A stretch of DNA of 64,000 nucleotides from positions 224,001 through 288,000 of the forward strand of contig CAVZVA010000002.1 of NCBI GenBank assembly GCA_963778655.1. The letters are read 5' to 3'. A program made the position numbers and the translations under genes. A model generated the notes under the pieces. The model had not been told where the DNA came from, searched no databases, and saw only the letters and a list, made by a program, of their open reading frames with translations. How positions within the stretch are numbered: position 1 is the stretch's first letter; each line of letters starts with the position of its first letter. Below are positions 38,260 through 48,026 of this stretch, in pieces. Source of the stretch: an uncultured delta proteobacterium. Lineage in GTDB: Bacteria; Myxococcota_A; Polyangia; Polyangiales; JAFGIB01.

Positions 38260-39401
38260 GGACGATCGGCATCGACCTCGGCACCACCAACACGGTCGCC
38301 GCGATCGACGGCACCACGATTCAGCACGCCGCGGGGCTGGAGAGCTCGACCATTCTGCCGTCGGTGGTGGCGTTTCCGCCGAGCGGGGTGGCGCTCACCG
38401 GTGCGATCGCGAAGAAGCGCCGCCCGATCGACCCCAAGAACACCATCTACAGCGCCAAACGGCTGATGGGTCAGCGCTGGCTCTCGTATGCGGCGACGCA
38501 CTTCCGCAAGTACTATCCATTCGAGCTGATCGAAACCAAGACCGGGACCTGCGCCTTCAAGACCCGTGCCGGCGTGCACACGCCGAGCGAAGTCGGCGCC
38601 AAGCTGCTGGAGAAGATCTTCGCCGCCAGACCCACGCTGCGCTCGAGCGTGGTGGCCGCGGTGGCGGTGCCGGCGGCGTTCGACGGGCCGGCGCGCGAGG
38701 CGACGCACAAGGCGGCCCAGCTCGCGGGCGTCGAGCACGTCAGCATCGTCGACGAGCCGGTGGCCACGGCCGTGGCCTACGCGACCGCCCGCAACGAGCG
38801 GCCGCGCTACGCGGCCGTCTACGACTTGGGCGGCGGTACCTTCGATCTGGCGATCGTGGACTGCAGCGGCGCGGAGGCGCGCGTGATCCGCCACGCCGGC
38901 GACCCCTACCTCGGCGGCGACGACATCGACCGCGTGATCTCGGATTGGGCGGCCGAACAGGTGCTCGCACGGCACGGTTGGGACCTGCGGGCCGACCCGG
39001 AGGTGCTCGATCGCCTGGTGATGCAGTGCGAGCACGCGAAGATCGAGCTGTGCACGGCGCAGTCAGCGCAGATCGAGCTCTCCCAGGTCGATCCGGCAGC
39101 GCCGATGGCGGCCAACAGCCTCACCCTCGATCGGGCCAAGCTCAACGAGCTGGCCCAGCCCCTGGTCGGCCGCACCTTCTTGCTGTGCGACCAGGTGCTG
39201 CGCGCGGCCGGGCTCGGTGCCAGCGACCTCGACACGGTCTACCTGGCGGGAGGAGCCACCTTGATGCCGCTGGTGCGAGACGGCGTCGCCCACTACTTCG
39301 GGAAGCTGCCGCGCTGCGAGCTCGACCCGATGGAGGTCGTGGCGGTCGGCGCGAGCCTGATGACCGGCCGGGAGCGGCCCGTATCCCCCAACGATTGGTG
39401 A
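38256..39401 (+). CDS. Hsp70-family protein, nucleotide-binding domain only (381 aa)
   Basis: IGIDLGTTNT, VPAAFD, EPVATA, YDLGGGTFD, LGGDDID and LAGGAT.MP; ends after VAVGA with no substrate-binding domain; ATGA-coupled to the upstream gene. Confidence 0.88.
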   Translation: MRTIGIDLGTTNTVAAIDGTTIQHAAGLESSTILPSVVAFPPSGVALTGAIAKKRRPIDPKNTIYSAKRLMGQRWLSYAATHFRKYYPFELIETKTGTCAFKTRAGVHTPSEVGAKLLEKIFAARPTLRSSVVAAVAVPAAFDGPAREATHKAAQLAGVEHVSIVDEPVATAVAYATARNERPRYAAVYDLGGGTFDLAIVDCSGAEARVIRHAGDPYLGGDDIDRVISDWAAEQVLARHGWDLRADPEVLDRLVMQCEHAKIELCTAQSAQIELSQVDPAAPMAANSLTLDRAKLNELAQPLVGRTFLLCDQVLRAAGLGASDLDTVYLAGGATLMPLVRDGVAHYFGKLPRCELDPMEVVAVGASLMTGRERPVSPNDW

Positions 39402-39653
39402 GTCGCACCGTGTCCACAGTCGGGGATATATCCCGATCGCTGGTGCGCACATGCGCAGAGGTCTGCCTACAGCGCTTTTTTGCGCACCCGGAAGCAGGCA
39501 TTTAATGAAGTGTTTACCGCTAGTTACGCGCATGCTCTCGCATCCGGAACAAAGCTGTGCGACAAAGGGCCACACGACTCCAACAGATCGTCACGCGAGG
39601 CGCATTAAGCTCAGGAGACGCTTGGGTCGAGCAGCAAGGGACGCATCAGCCGT

Positions 39654-40268
39654 ATGCAGCAACAGGTCACCGGGTCGCATCTTCCAGTTTCGGCACCAAC
39701 CCGCACGCGCAGCGCGCGGCCGCTCGGTGCGGTAGAGGCGGGCTTCATCCAGAACTGGGGCGCGCTCGCTCGCTCCTTCGGCATGGATCCCGTGCTCGGG
39801 CGCGTGCACGCCCTGGCGTTCCTGTGCGCGGAGGCGATCAGCACCGAGCTGGTGGCCGACACCCTCGGGCTCGAGCTGGAGCAGGCGAGCAGCTGCCTGG
39901 CGAGCCTGCAGCGCTGGGGCGCGGTGCGGGAGGTCGGCGCCGGCAGCGACGACGAGCGCTTGTTCGAGGCCGACGGGGATCCCTGGTCGTGGTTCCTGGT
40001 CACACTCAAGGACCGCGGGCGCCGCGAATTCGGGCCGCTGCTGCAGGCCTTCCGCGAGGCCAACGCGCGGGCGCAGGAGCTGCGCGGCTCGCTGCACCCG
40101 GGCGCCCGGGCCGAGCTGCGGGCGATCGAGCGGATCGCGCGTTTCAGCGAGTTCGTGGACCAGATCGCGGGCCTGATCGAGACCTTCGCGAATCTGGGCG
40201 CCGGCCCGATGATGGCCGCGATGCGGATGGTCGCCAGGGTGCGCTCGCCGCGGCTCGCGCGCATCTGA
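39654..40268 (+). CDS. GbsR/MarR-family transcriptional regulator
   Basis: FIQNWGALARSFGM...GRVHAL...L..WGAV winged-helix pattern. Confidence 0.8.
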   Translation: MQQQVTGSHLPVSAPTRTRSARPLGAVEAGFIQNWGALARSFGMDPVLGRVHALAFLCAEAISTELVADTLGLELEQASSCLASLQRWGAVREVGAGSDDERLFEADGDPWSWFLVTLKDRGRREFGPLLQAFREANARAQELRGSLHPGARAELRAIERIARFSEFVDQIAGLIETFANLGAGPMMAAMRMVARVRSPRLARI

Positions 40269-40472
40269 CCGTCGAGCGCGCATGCGCCAGGCGGCGGCGC
40301 ACCGCCATTCGAGCGCTGCAGGCGCCGGTGCGTACCGCGCGCGGTCTACCCGACTCCAGCCATTTTCAGCCGGCGCGCGGCATGGCGCGGGTCGACCTTC
40401 GCGCGGGGTGAGGTAGCCTGCGCCAGGCCGCGGCGGCGCTGGGCCGCCCGCGTGACTGCACAGGAGCGAGCG

Positions 40473-41630
40473 ATGCGGTTCAAGTACGGGTGCAATCCCC
40501 ACCAGGCCTTCGCGCAGGTCGAGCCGATCGAGCCGGGCAAGATGCCGATCGAGGTGCTGAGCGGGACGCCGGGGTTCATCAATTTCCTGGACGCGATCAA
40601 TGCCTGGCAGCTGGTGAGCGAGGCGCGGCACGCGCTGGGCCTACCGGCCGCCGCCAGCTTCAAGCACGTCTCGCCAGCCGGCGCGGCGGTGGGGACGGAG
40701 CTGTCCGAAGAGCTGGGGCGCTGCTACGAGGTGGACCCCTCCGCGCTGTCGCCACTGGCGATCGCGTACGTGCGCGCCCGCGGCGCGGACCCCAAGAGCT
40801 CGTTCGGCGACTTCGCCGCGCTCTCCGACCCGGTCGATGAGAGCACGGCGCGCTACATGAAGACCCTGGTCTCGGACGGGGTGATCGCGCCGGGCTACGA
40901 GCCGCGGGCGCTCGAGATCCTGAAAAACAAGAAGAAGGGCGCCTTCCTCGTGCTCAAGGTGGACCCGGATTTCGTTCCGCCCGCGCGTGAGTCGCGCGAG
41001 CTGTTCGGGATGCGGCTGGAGCAGGACCGCAATGGGCTGGAGCTGGGCGAGGCCCAGCTACGCAATGTGCTGTGCGGCAGCCTCACGCCCGCGGCCCGCC
41101 GCGACCTGCTGCTCGGGCTGATCACGCTCAAGTACACGCAGTCGAACTCGGTCGGCTACTCGCTCGACGGACAGATGATCGGGATCGGCGCGGGCCAGCA
41201 GTCGCGGGTGGACTGCACCAAGCTGGCGGGCGCCAAGGCCGACGTGTGGCACCTGCGCCGGCACCCCAAGGTGCTCGGCCTGCGCTTCAAGAAGGGCGTG
41301 GGCGCTCAGGAGCGCACCAACTTCCGCGTCCGCTACATCGAGGGTGACCTGGTGCCGTCGGAGACAGCCGCGCTGCAGCAGGCGCTGGACCAGCCGCTCG
41401 AACCGCTGGGCGAGGAGGAGAAGCGGCAGTGGGTCAAGGGCCTGCAGGGGGTGAGCCTGAGCTCGGACGGCTTCATCCCGTTTCGCGATAACATCGATCA
41501 CGCGGCCCGCCACGGCGTGGGCTTCATCGCGCAGCCCGGAGGCTCGACGCGCGACGAGGAGTGCACCGAGGCCTGCCGCGAATACGGCATCGCGATGGTG
41601 CACACCGGCGTGCGGCTGTTTCACCATTGA
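40473..41630 (+). CDS. purH: AICAR transformylase (PurH C-terminal domain only)
   Basis: KYGCNPHQ, SFKHVSPAGAA, KYTQSNSV, GIGAGQQSRVDC, SSDGFIPFRD, QPGGS.RD and RLFHH; no N-terminal IMP cyclohydrolase/MGS domain. Confidence 0.9.
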   Translation: MRFKYGCNPHQAFAQVEPIEPGKMPIEVLSGTPGFINFLDAINAWQLVSEARHALGLPAAASFKHVSPAGAAVGTELSEELGRCYEVDPSALSPLAIAYVRARGADPKSSFGDFAALSDPVDESTARYMKTLVSDGVIAPGYEPRALEILKNKKKGAFLVLKVDPDFVPPARESRELFGMRLEQDRNGLELGEAQLRNVLCGSLTPAARRDLLLGLITLKYTQSNSVGYSLDGQMIGIGAGQQSRVDCTKLAGAKADVWHLRRHPKVLGLRFKKGVGAQERTNFRVRYIEGDLVPSETAALQQALDQPLEPLGEEEKRQWVKGLQGVSLSSDGFIPFRDNIDHAARHGVGFIAQPGGSTRDEECTEACREYGIAMVHTGVRLFHH

Positions 41631-41664
41631 GCCGCGGCCGCGGCCGAGCGCACACGGCCAGAGC

Positions 41665-42147
41665 TCAAAGCCGGAACAGCAGCCCGGCCATCAGCTCCGT
41701 GGACACGCCCCCACCCAGGCCCAGGCGCAGCTGCACGAACGGCTCGAGCGGCGACTGCAGGTGGAACAGCAGGCCGCCGATCAGGTTGAATTTCACGTCG
41801 GTCCCGCCGCCGTGCCCGACGTTGGCGAAGATGCCCAGACCGGGCGCCACGAACGGCCGCAGCACCGAGTCGTGGATCTGGAACTCGAACGGCACGTTGA
41901 ACGAGAAGTTCAAGACGTTGACGTCGTGGGTGAAGTACAGCGAGAAGCTCGGGTTGAGCTGCACGATCGCGCTGCTGTCGATGTTGGCCACGTCGAAGCG
42001 GCCCTCGGCACCGAGAAACAGCACGTCCCCGTCGAAGTTGTAGCCGAGGTGCGGGCCGAGCGTGTTGCGCTCCGCATGCGCGGTGGCGGCGGGCCACAGC
42101 AGCAGTCCCAGCATCGCGGCCGTGCTCAGCGAAAGAAGCAGGCGCAT
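41665..42147 (-). CDS. Small outer-membrane beta-barrel protein
   Basis: Signal peptide ending AHA-E; about 8 amphipathic strands; C-terminal GLLFRL. Confidence 0.8.
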   Translation of the reverse strand: MRLLLSLSTAAMLGLLLWPAATAHAERNTLGPHLGYNFDGDVLFLGAEGRFDVANIDSSAIVQLNPSFSLYFTHDVNVLNFSFNVPFEFQIHDSVLRPFVAPGLGIFANVGHGGGTDVKFNLIGGLLFHLQSPLEPFVQLRLGLGGGVSTELMAGLLFRL

Positions 42148-42226
42148 GGCGGGCCGGAGCATAGCCGATCCCATCCTGGCTGCGCAGTCCGATTCGACCC
42201 CTCGGCGCCAGGCCGCGCGGCGCGGG

Positions 42227-43147
42227 CTAGCGCAGCCGCGAATAGCGCATGCGTGGGCCGTCGGGCGTTTCCACCAGCTCGACCAGCACACCTCCGACGC
42301 GTACTCCGTTGCCGGGGACCCCGCCGCGGGCCGGCTCGCGCGGGCCGCCGGAGTCGAACAGCTCGTCGACCTCGCGACTGTCGAGCACCTCGACCTCGCC
42401 GTCCGCCGCCAGCGGACCGTCGCGCCCGGCCGGCCCGGGCGCAAAGGGGGCCACACTCAGCTGGCGCCGCGCGAGGCGCGACTCGGCGCTCGAGCCGAGC
42501 CACACCACCACGGCGATCACGGCCAGCATCGTCTGGTCGTGGGCGAGCGCGTACACGCCCATCATCAGCGCAACCAGCTTGGCCACGCCGGCGGCGATGC
42601 GGGTGGCGGCGGCCGGCCCCATGCGCATCGCGAGCAAGGCGCGCAGCACGCGCCCGCCGTCCATCGGCAGCGCGGGCAGCAGATTGAAGCTGCCCATCAC
42701 CAGGTTCGCGAGCAGCAGCGCCGACAGCAGCGAGCGCGGGTCCTCGCCGAGCTCGTTCCAGCTCAGCACCGGCGCGCCCAGCGCCGCCATCGCCGCAGCC
42801 AAGAGGCCCGCCAGCGCGAAGTTGACCGCAGGGCCGGCCAAGGCCACCAGCAGCTGCTCGCGCGGGCGCTTGGGCATGCCCTGCAGCATGGCCACGCCGC
42901 CGATCGGGTAGAGCGTGATGTGCAGGGTACGGATACCGAAGTGGCGCGCCGTCAGTGCGTGCCCGTACTCGTGCAGCACCACCAGGCAGAAGATCACCAC
43001 CATGAAGGCCACGCTCAACAGCACGGCCGGCAGCGATTTAGTGTCGGAGTAGGTGCTGAGCGCCACGAAGCCGAGCAGCAGCAGGAAGGTCGCGTGCACG
43101 TGCACGCCGATTCCGAACACCTCGCCCAGCTTGTAGGACCACTTCAT
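42227..43147 (-). CDS. Site-2 protease (M50 family)
   Basis: LHEYGH, LYPIGGVA, ALAGPAVN and FNLLPALPMDGGR. Confidence 0.92.
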   Translation of the reverse strand: MKWSYKLGEVFGIGVHVHATFLLLLGFVALSTYSDTKSLPAVLLSVAFMVVIFCLVVLHEYGHALTARHFGIRTLHITLYPIGGVAMLQGMPKRPREQLLVALAGPAVNFALAGLLAAAMAALGAPVLSWNELGEDPRSLLSALLLANLVMGSFNLLPALPMDGGRVLRALLAMRMGPAAATRIAAGVAKLVALMMGVYALAHDQTMLAVIAVVVWLGSSAESRLARRQLSVAPFAPGPAGRDGPLAADGEVEVLDSREVDELFDSGGPREPARGGVPGNGVRVGGVLVELVETPDGPRMRYSRLR

Positions 43148-43238
43148 CAGACGGCTCCTTGCAACTTAAGGTCGCCAGGGCCGGAGCGCAAGTCGTCGCC
43201 GCAGCGGCGGCGCGAAAGCTTGGCCGGCCCGCGCGCGC

Positions 43239-44840
43239 TCAGCGCCGCGCGCGCGAGTCCGCGTCGAGCCAGCCGCGGCGGCGCAGGAAGGCGCGCAGCT
43301 CGACGTCGTCGAGTGAGACCGGCCTCAGGTACACGCCCACCCGGCGCCTGTGCCACCACGCGTCCGTGTGCTCGGACAGAGCCGTGAAGTGGTACTCGTA
43401 AAGCTCGGCCCGGATGAAGCGCGGCGGCCGCGCGCCGAAGGGGTCGCGTGCGAGTAGGGCGCGTACCGCGGGCTCGCCGCGCAGCAGCTCGTAGACGAAG
43501 CGCAGCAGCCACGGCTCGCGCGAGACGTCGCCCAGCGCGGCGAACCACATCTGCCAGTCCAGCCGGTAGTGGTACGGCGTGATCAGGCAGGGGCGCCTGC
43601 GCACGTCGCCGGGCTTGCACGGGAGCTCGTACTCGAGCCAGCGCGCGCCGGGACCGGGCCGCGCATCACGTGTGCCCTGCAGGATCACCTCGTGGCGCAC
43701 CTTGTCCACCGAGCCGAAGGCGCCGTAGCTGTTGACCAGGTGCAGCGGATCGAACGAGGTGTTCATCTGCTGGTGGGGCGAGATCATGTTCAGGACCGGG
43801 TCGACGCTGAGCAGCGCCACGACCAGGCACAGCAGGGAGGTCGCGACCAGCTGCGGCACACTGCGCAGGCGGCCGGCTTCGAGCGCGCGCGCGCGCGCAC
43901 ACAGCCGCGCCGGCAGCAGGCGCTCGAGCAGGCTGTCGTCGAAGCAGGCCACACAGATCGCGATCGTCAGCCAGTTGAGGAAGGACAGGTTGCCGCTCGC
44001 GATCAGGATGGCCTGGAACACCACGATCAGCAGACCCCCGGGGTGGCGCAGCCGGCGTGGCCCCAGCACCAGCCACGGCGCGACCAGCTCGACCAGGTGG
44101 TTGAAGAGCACCCCGAGCTTGTGGAACCACAGCGGCGCCTGGTGCAGCAGCCAGCTGAGCGGGCTCGGGACCGGCTGGGTTTCGTAGTGGTAGGCCAGAC
44201 AGGTGAGCTGGGTCCAACACGGATCGCCGCGCAGCTTGATCAACCCCGCACCCAGCATCACGCGGAATACCAGCCAGCGCAGCAGCCAGATCACGGCCGC
44301 GGGGGGTGGCACGCGGCTGCGCAGGGGCCGCACGCTGGCCAGCGGACACAGAAAGATCGACAGGAAGCCGGCCTCGAGCAGCAGGATCTCCCAGCCGTAG
44401 CCGTACCAGGTCTGGCCGATGTGGCAGACCGAGAGGTAGAGCGCCCACAGCCCGGCCATCAGCACCGCGTTCTCGACGCCGAGCAACACCGCGAGCGAGC
44501 CGGCCAACCCGGCCCAGGACCAGAACGACAGCGCCGCGTCGGACGCTCCCAGCACGAAGCCGGTGGGCAGATCGAAGAAGCTCACGCGGCCGTGCAGCCG
44601 CTTCAGGTAGCGCGCGGCCGGCAGAATGCCGTGGCTGCCGAGCAGGCCGCGCCACTGCTGGACGAGCACCAGGAAGGCCACGCTGTAGATGAGCCCCAGG
44701 GCGCGCAAGAACACGAAACGCGTGAGCCAGTAGCGGGGCGCGGGGCCGCCCAGCCACCCGGAGCGCAGGTCGTCGGCGCCCTCGGCGGCTGCGGGCAGCG
44801 GTACGGTGGCCTCGTCGCTCACGGGCGCATGGTCGCCCAC
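43239..44840 (-). CDS. Lipase maturation factor (LMF) family membrane protein
   Basis: GQTWYGYGWE.LLLEAG, GAGLIKLRGD.CW, YHYETQP.P, NSYGAFG and PYHYRLDWQMWF. Confidence 0.9.
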   Translation of the reverse strand: MGDHAPVSDEATVPLPAAAEGADDLRSGWLGGPAPRYWLTRFVFLRALGLIYSVAFLVLVQQWRGLLGSHGILPAARYLKRLHGRVSFFDLPTGFVLGASDAALSFWSWAGLAGSLAVLLGVENAVLMAGLWALYLSVCHIGQTWYGYGWEILLLEAGFLSIFLCPLASVRPLRSRVPPPAAVIWLLRWLVFRVMLGAGLIKLRGDPCWTQLTCLAYHYETQPVPSPLSWLLHQAPLWFHKLGVLFNHLVELVAPWLVLGPRRLRHPGGLLIVVFQAILIASGNLSFLNWLTIAICVACFDDSLLERLLPARLCARARALEAGRLRSVPQLVATSLLCLVVALLSVDPVLNMISPHQQMNTSFDPLHLVNSYGAFGSVDKVRHEVILQGTRDARPGPGARWLEYELPCKPGDVRRRPCLITPYHYRLDWQMWFAALGDVSREPWLLRFVYELLRGEPAVRALLARDPFGARPPRFIRAELYEYHFTALSEHTDAWWHRRRVGVYLRPVSLDDVELRAFLRRRGWLDADSRARR

Positions 44841-44974
44841 GGCCGGCGCCGGCGGTAGGCGCAGGCGCGGTCAGACGCGCCCGCGGTGCCCGCCGCGCGG
44901 GTGCCGCGGATGCGCTGGCGCAAGCAGCAAGCCGCCGAAAATCCGCCATTTGCGACCCCTCAAGGGGTGTTTAC

Positions 44975-45742
44975 GTGGAGGTGGTGAACAACCACCTGGA
45001 GCATCCCGCTATGACGAGCATGGAGGCCCCTGCACTCGCACCCACGCAGGCCAAGCCCTGCGGAGCGCAGCACTGCGTCGGATGTCCGGCCGCCGCGCGC
45101 GGCATTCTGGAAGGCTTGCTCGGCGACTCGCCCAGCACGTGCGGTTTCGATTCTCTCGCGGTGGAGCCGCGCGCCGCGCTGCCTCCTTCCTGGCTGGCCC
45201 GCTACAGCTATGCGATGGTGCGGCGCGGCTACCTGATCCGGCAGCGCACCGACGCCGCGGGTCGCACCACGGCCATCGACGCCGTGGGCCCAGGCTGCTG
45301 CTTCCCGCTGGACCGCGGCGGCGACGGCACCCCCGAGCACACCAGCTCCGGCTACGCCCTGACCCGCGCGCTGGTCTGCTTGTCCGACGCGGAGACGTTG
45401 CAGCGCGGCCTGGCCGAGGGCGGGCCGAGCGCGGTGGAGGTCCACCAGCTCGACAACGAAGCGATCGGCCGGTTGGAGCGTCTGGCCGACGCGCGCGGCC
45501 GGCCCGGGGCGGCGTCCAAGGTGGCCGCGCTGCTGTGCACGCTGGCCGACACGCTGCGCCCCGGCGGTCAGTCCGAGCCGCGGGTGCCGTCCGAGTTTCT
45601 GCAGCGCGACCTGGCGGGGCTGCTGTCAATCCGACACGAGTCGGTCTGCCGCGTGATGCGGGACTTCGTGAAACGCGGGCTGGTCGTCCGCGATCAGGAC
45701 GGCATCTTGCTCGCCAACCGCGAAGCGCTGCAGGCGCTGTAG
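44975..45742 (+). CDS. Crp/Fnr-family regulator with Cys-rich N-terminus
   Basis: C-x4-C-x2-C...C N-terminus; cNMP-like barrel (VRRGYLIRQR, VGPGCC); C-terminal QRDLAGLLSIRHESVCRVM HTH. Confidence 0.8.
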   Translation: MEVVNNHLEHPAMTSMEAPALAPTQAKPCGAQHCVGCPAAARGILEGLLGDSPSTCGFDSLAVEPRAALPPSWLARYSYAMVRRGYLIRQRTDAAGRTTAIDAVGPGCCFPLDRGGDGTPEHTSSGYALTRALVCLSDAETLQRGLAEGGPSAVEVHQLDNEAIGRLERLADARGRPGAASKVAALLCTLADTLRPGGQSEPRVPSEFLQRDLAGLLSIRHESVCRVMRDFVKRGLVVRDQDGILLANREALQAL

Positions 45743-45753
45743 AACCAGAGATT

Positions 45754-45800
45754 CACGGCAAGGCGGGAAGCGATGACCCGCCTTCGTCTCGCCTTGCTGT
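45754..45800. repeat. Inverted repeat of the octamer family (possible terminator after the Crp/Fnr gene)
   Basis: ACGGCAAGGCGGG / CTCGCCTTGCTGT arms pair with G-U; contains GCAAGGCGGGAAG. Confidence 0.5.
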
Positions 45801-45986
45801 CGACCCGACGCCGCCAGCGCGACGCTAGTGCAGCGTCCGCGAGATGGGATCAAGGGATCGTGAGTGAGGTGGGTCCGAGCGCAAGGCGCCGCAGCGCAGG
45901 AATACTCCGTGTATTTCAAGCTGCGGCAACGCCGCGATCGGGCCCGCATCGCTCGCGAAGATTGATTCTATCTCGCGGACGCTGCA

Positions 45987-46415
45987 CTAGTCCTGGTCCA
46001 GGACGGCGGCGAGCGCGCGCAGTGCGTCGGTCAGCGTGAACACGCCGAGCACCCGTTGATCGCGCTCGTCGGTCACCAGAGCGCAGCCGTAGCCGTGACG
46101 CACCATCATCTGCGCGACCCGCTGCAGCGGCATGCCAGGAGGCACGGCGTAGGGCACCGGCGTCATCGCCTCGGCCACCCGCACGCCCTCGGCATGGCCG
46201 CCGGAGATCGCCTGCACCGCGGCCACGTCGCGATCGCTGAGCACGCCGACCGGCTTACCACCTCGCACCACCGGCAAGTGGCGGACGGCGTGCTCGCCCA
46301 TCATCTTGGCCGCCTCGGCGAGCGTGGCGTCGTGCTCGATCACCTGCGGGGACGCCACCATCCAATCCCGGACCTTGGGGGCGTCAATCGTGCGGTGCTG
46401 GCCGCGTTGGAGCAT
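45987..46415 (-). CDS. CBS-pair domain protein
   Basis: VRDWM..P, VRHLPVV..GVLSDRD, VAEAMT and GVFTLTDAL. Confidence 0.9.
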   Translation of the reverse strand: MLQRGQHRTIDAPKVRDWMVASPQVIEHDATLAEAAKMMGEHAVRHLPVVRGGKPVGVLSDRDVAAVQAISGGHAEGVRVAEAMTPVPYAVPPGMPLQRVAQMMVRHGYGCALVTDERDQRVLGVFTLTDALRALAAVLDQD

Positions 46416-46476
46416 CAGAACCTCGTGCAGCGATGGGGAAAGCGCGCTGGCGTGCCAGGCACCTGCCCTGGTGAGG

Positions 46477-46492
46477 AGCAACCGCCGTGCCA
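46477..46492 (-). promoter_or_regulatory. Sigma54 (-24/-12) promoter for the CBS gene
   Basis: Minus strand TGGCACGGCGGTTGCT is an exact TGGCACG-N4-TTGC(A/T) match, about 60 nt upstream of ATG 46415. Confidence 0.8.
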
Positions 46493-46697
46493 GCCACGCG
46501 GCCGCAAGAAACCCGCCCCTGCCGCACGACCCTCGCGCAGGTCATTCGCCCCGGGCACGCCGGACGCGATTCTTGCGCGGGCGCCGGCTTCGCACCGGCG
46601 CCCACGCGCCTCACCCCGTGGGCGGCCGGCCATACGGCCCGATCGCGGGCGCGATCGGGCTGCGGGTCAGCCGGCAAGGCAGTGACCCGCGCGCCGA

Positions 46698-47861
46698 TCA
46701 CGATCCCTCGGGAACGTCCGCAGAGACCGGCAAGCGCAGCGAGAAGGCCGCGCCCTGCAGGTCGAGCGAGGACACCACTTCGAGGACGCCTTGGTGGGCC
46801 TGCACCAGCTTCCGGCACAGCGACAGGCCGAGCCCCACCCCGCCCTCCTTGGTGGTCATCAGCGGCTCGAAGATGCGCGAGCCGAGGCGCGGATCGATAC
46901 CCGGGCCGTCGTCGGCGATCAGAAACTCCACGCTCTGGTCCCGCGCCCTGAGCGTGAGCCGCACCACGCCCCCGCTGCCGGTCGCCTCGAGCGCGTTGTT
47001 GAGCAAGTTCAGCAGCACCTGCTGGATCTGCGCCGGGTCCACCGACACCTGGGGCAGGTCCGCCTGCGTGTGCAACTGGACGCCGAACCCGGTCGCGTCG
47101 TGCAGGGCGCTGGCGGCGCGCTCCGCCAGCAACGCAGGTGCGACCCAGCTCCGCAGTGGCGGCCGCTCGCGCACGATGTCGAGCAGGCTGGTGATGATGC
47201 GGTTGGAGCGCACGACCTGGGCCTGGATCTTGTCCGCGTGCCGGATCACGGCCGGATCGCCGCGGGCGCGCTGCCGCAGCAGAAAGGCCGAGGACTCGAT
47301 CACGCCCAGCGGATTGCGCAGCTCGTGGGCGATGGCCGAGGTCATTTGGCCGAAGGTCGCCAGCCGCTCGCTGCGCAGCAGCTGCGCGGAAAAGTCCTCG
47401 TTGTACGTGTGCAGGATGACCGCGAGCTCGAGGTCGAGCAGCTTGCCGATCGCGAGCAAACGCCGCTGCGTCCGCTCGAGCTCCGCGCCCAGCGCGAGGA
47501 CCGAGCGGGTCAAGCGGCTGCGAATGACGTTCATCGCCGTCAGGTTGTAGTGCTGCGGCAGCTGGATCAGCACGTGGCGCCGCCCGATTTGGGCGCGCTG
47601 CTCGAAGTAGTTGAGGTCCCACGGCCCCGCGAAGCAGCGCTGCAGCCACAGCCGCAACGTTGCCTTCAAGCGCTGCACTTGCGAGGCGCCGCCGGCGATC
47701 ACGGCCAGCGCGCCGGCATGCTGCTCGATGCGCGCGTAGAACGCCTCGACGATCGCGTCCAGCTCGGGCTCGAGCAGCGGCCCGAGCTCGCGCAGCACGT
47801 CCTCGTCGTCGGCGCCAAAAGAGACGTAGCGCTTCAGCTCGTCGAACAGGTGCTCCGCCAC
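46698..47861 (-). CDS. Globin-coupled (protoglobin domain) sensor histidine kinase
   Basis: N-terminal IVEAFYARI...IGRRHV (proximal His) globin; AHELRNPL H-box, QVLLNLLNNA, DDGPGI and GVGLGL. Confidence 0.9.
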   Translation of the reverse strand: MAEHLFDELKRYVSFGADDEDVLRELGPLLEPELDAIVEAFYARIEQHAGALAVIAGGASQVQRLKATLRLWLQRCFAGPWDLNYFEQRAQIGRRHVLIQLPQHYNLTAMNVIRSRLTRSVLALGAELERTQRRLLAIGKLLDLELAVILHTYNEDFSAQLLRSERLATFGQMTSAIAHELRNPLGVIESSAFLLRQRARGDPAVIRHADKIQAQVVRSNRIITSLLDIVRERPPLRSWVAPALLAERAASALHDATGFGVQLHTQADLPQVSVDPAQIQQVLLNLLNNALEATGSGGVVRLTLRARDQSVEFLIADDGPGIDPRLGSRIFEPLMTTKEGGVGLGLSLCRKLVQAHQGVLEVVSSLDLQGAAFSLRLPVSADVPEGS

Positions 47862-48026
47862 TACGGTCGAGCCTCCCCGCGCGGCGCCAGCAGGGCTCGC
47901 CCGCGGTCCTGAGCGCTACCTTGGCAAGCCGGCTGACGCGGCGCAAGGGTGCGCCGCCGCAAGCGCGGCGACACGCCCGGTGACGATCTGAGGTGCGGCG
48001 CTCGCAAGCGCGATTATAGATCCGGC

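Noticed and set aside
39402..39653. AT-richer intergenic region with a GGTGCGCA/TGCGCACC inverted repeat as a possible ncRNA
   Set aside because: No recognisable RNA motif; adequately explained as the promoter region of the GbsR-like gene.
40270..40472. Second ZTP riboswitch before the AICAR transformylase (CGTGACTG seen)
   Set aside because: Lacks the following GCG, P2, GGGGAG and CGCCTGGG elements.
46442..46457. Second TGGCACG upstream of the CBS gene as a sigma54 promoter
   Set aside because: GG-to-GC spacing is off by one; the exact site is at 46477-46492.
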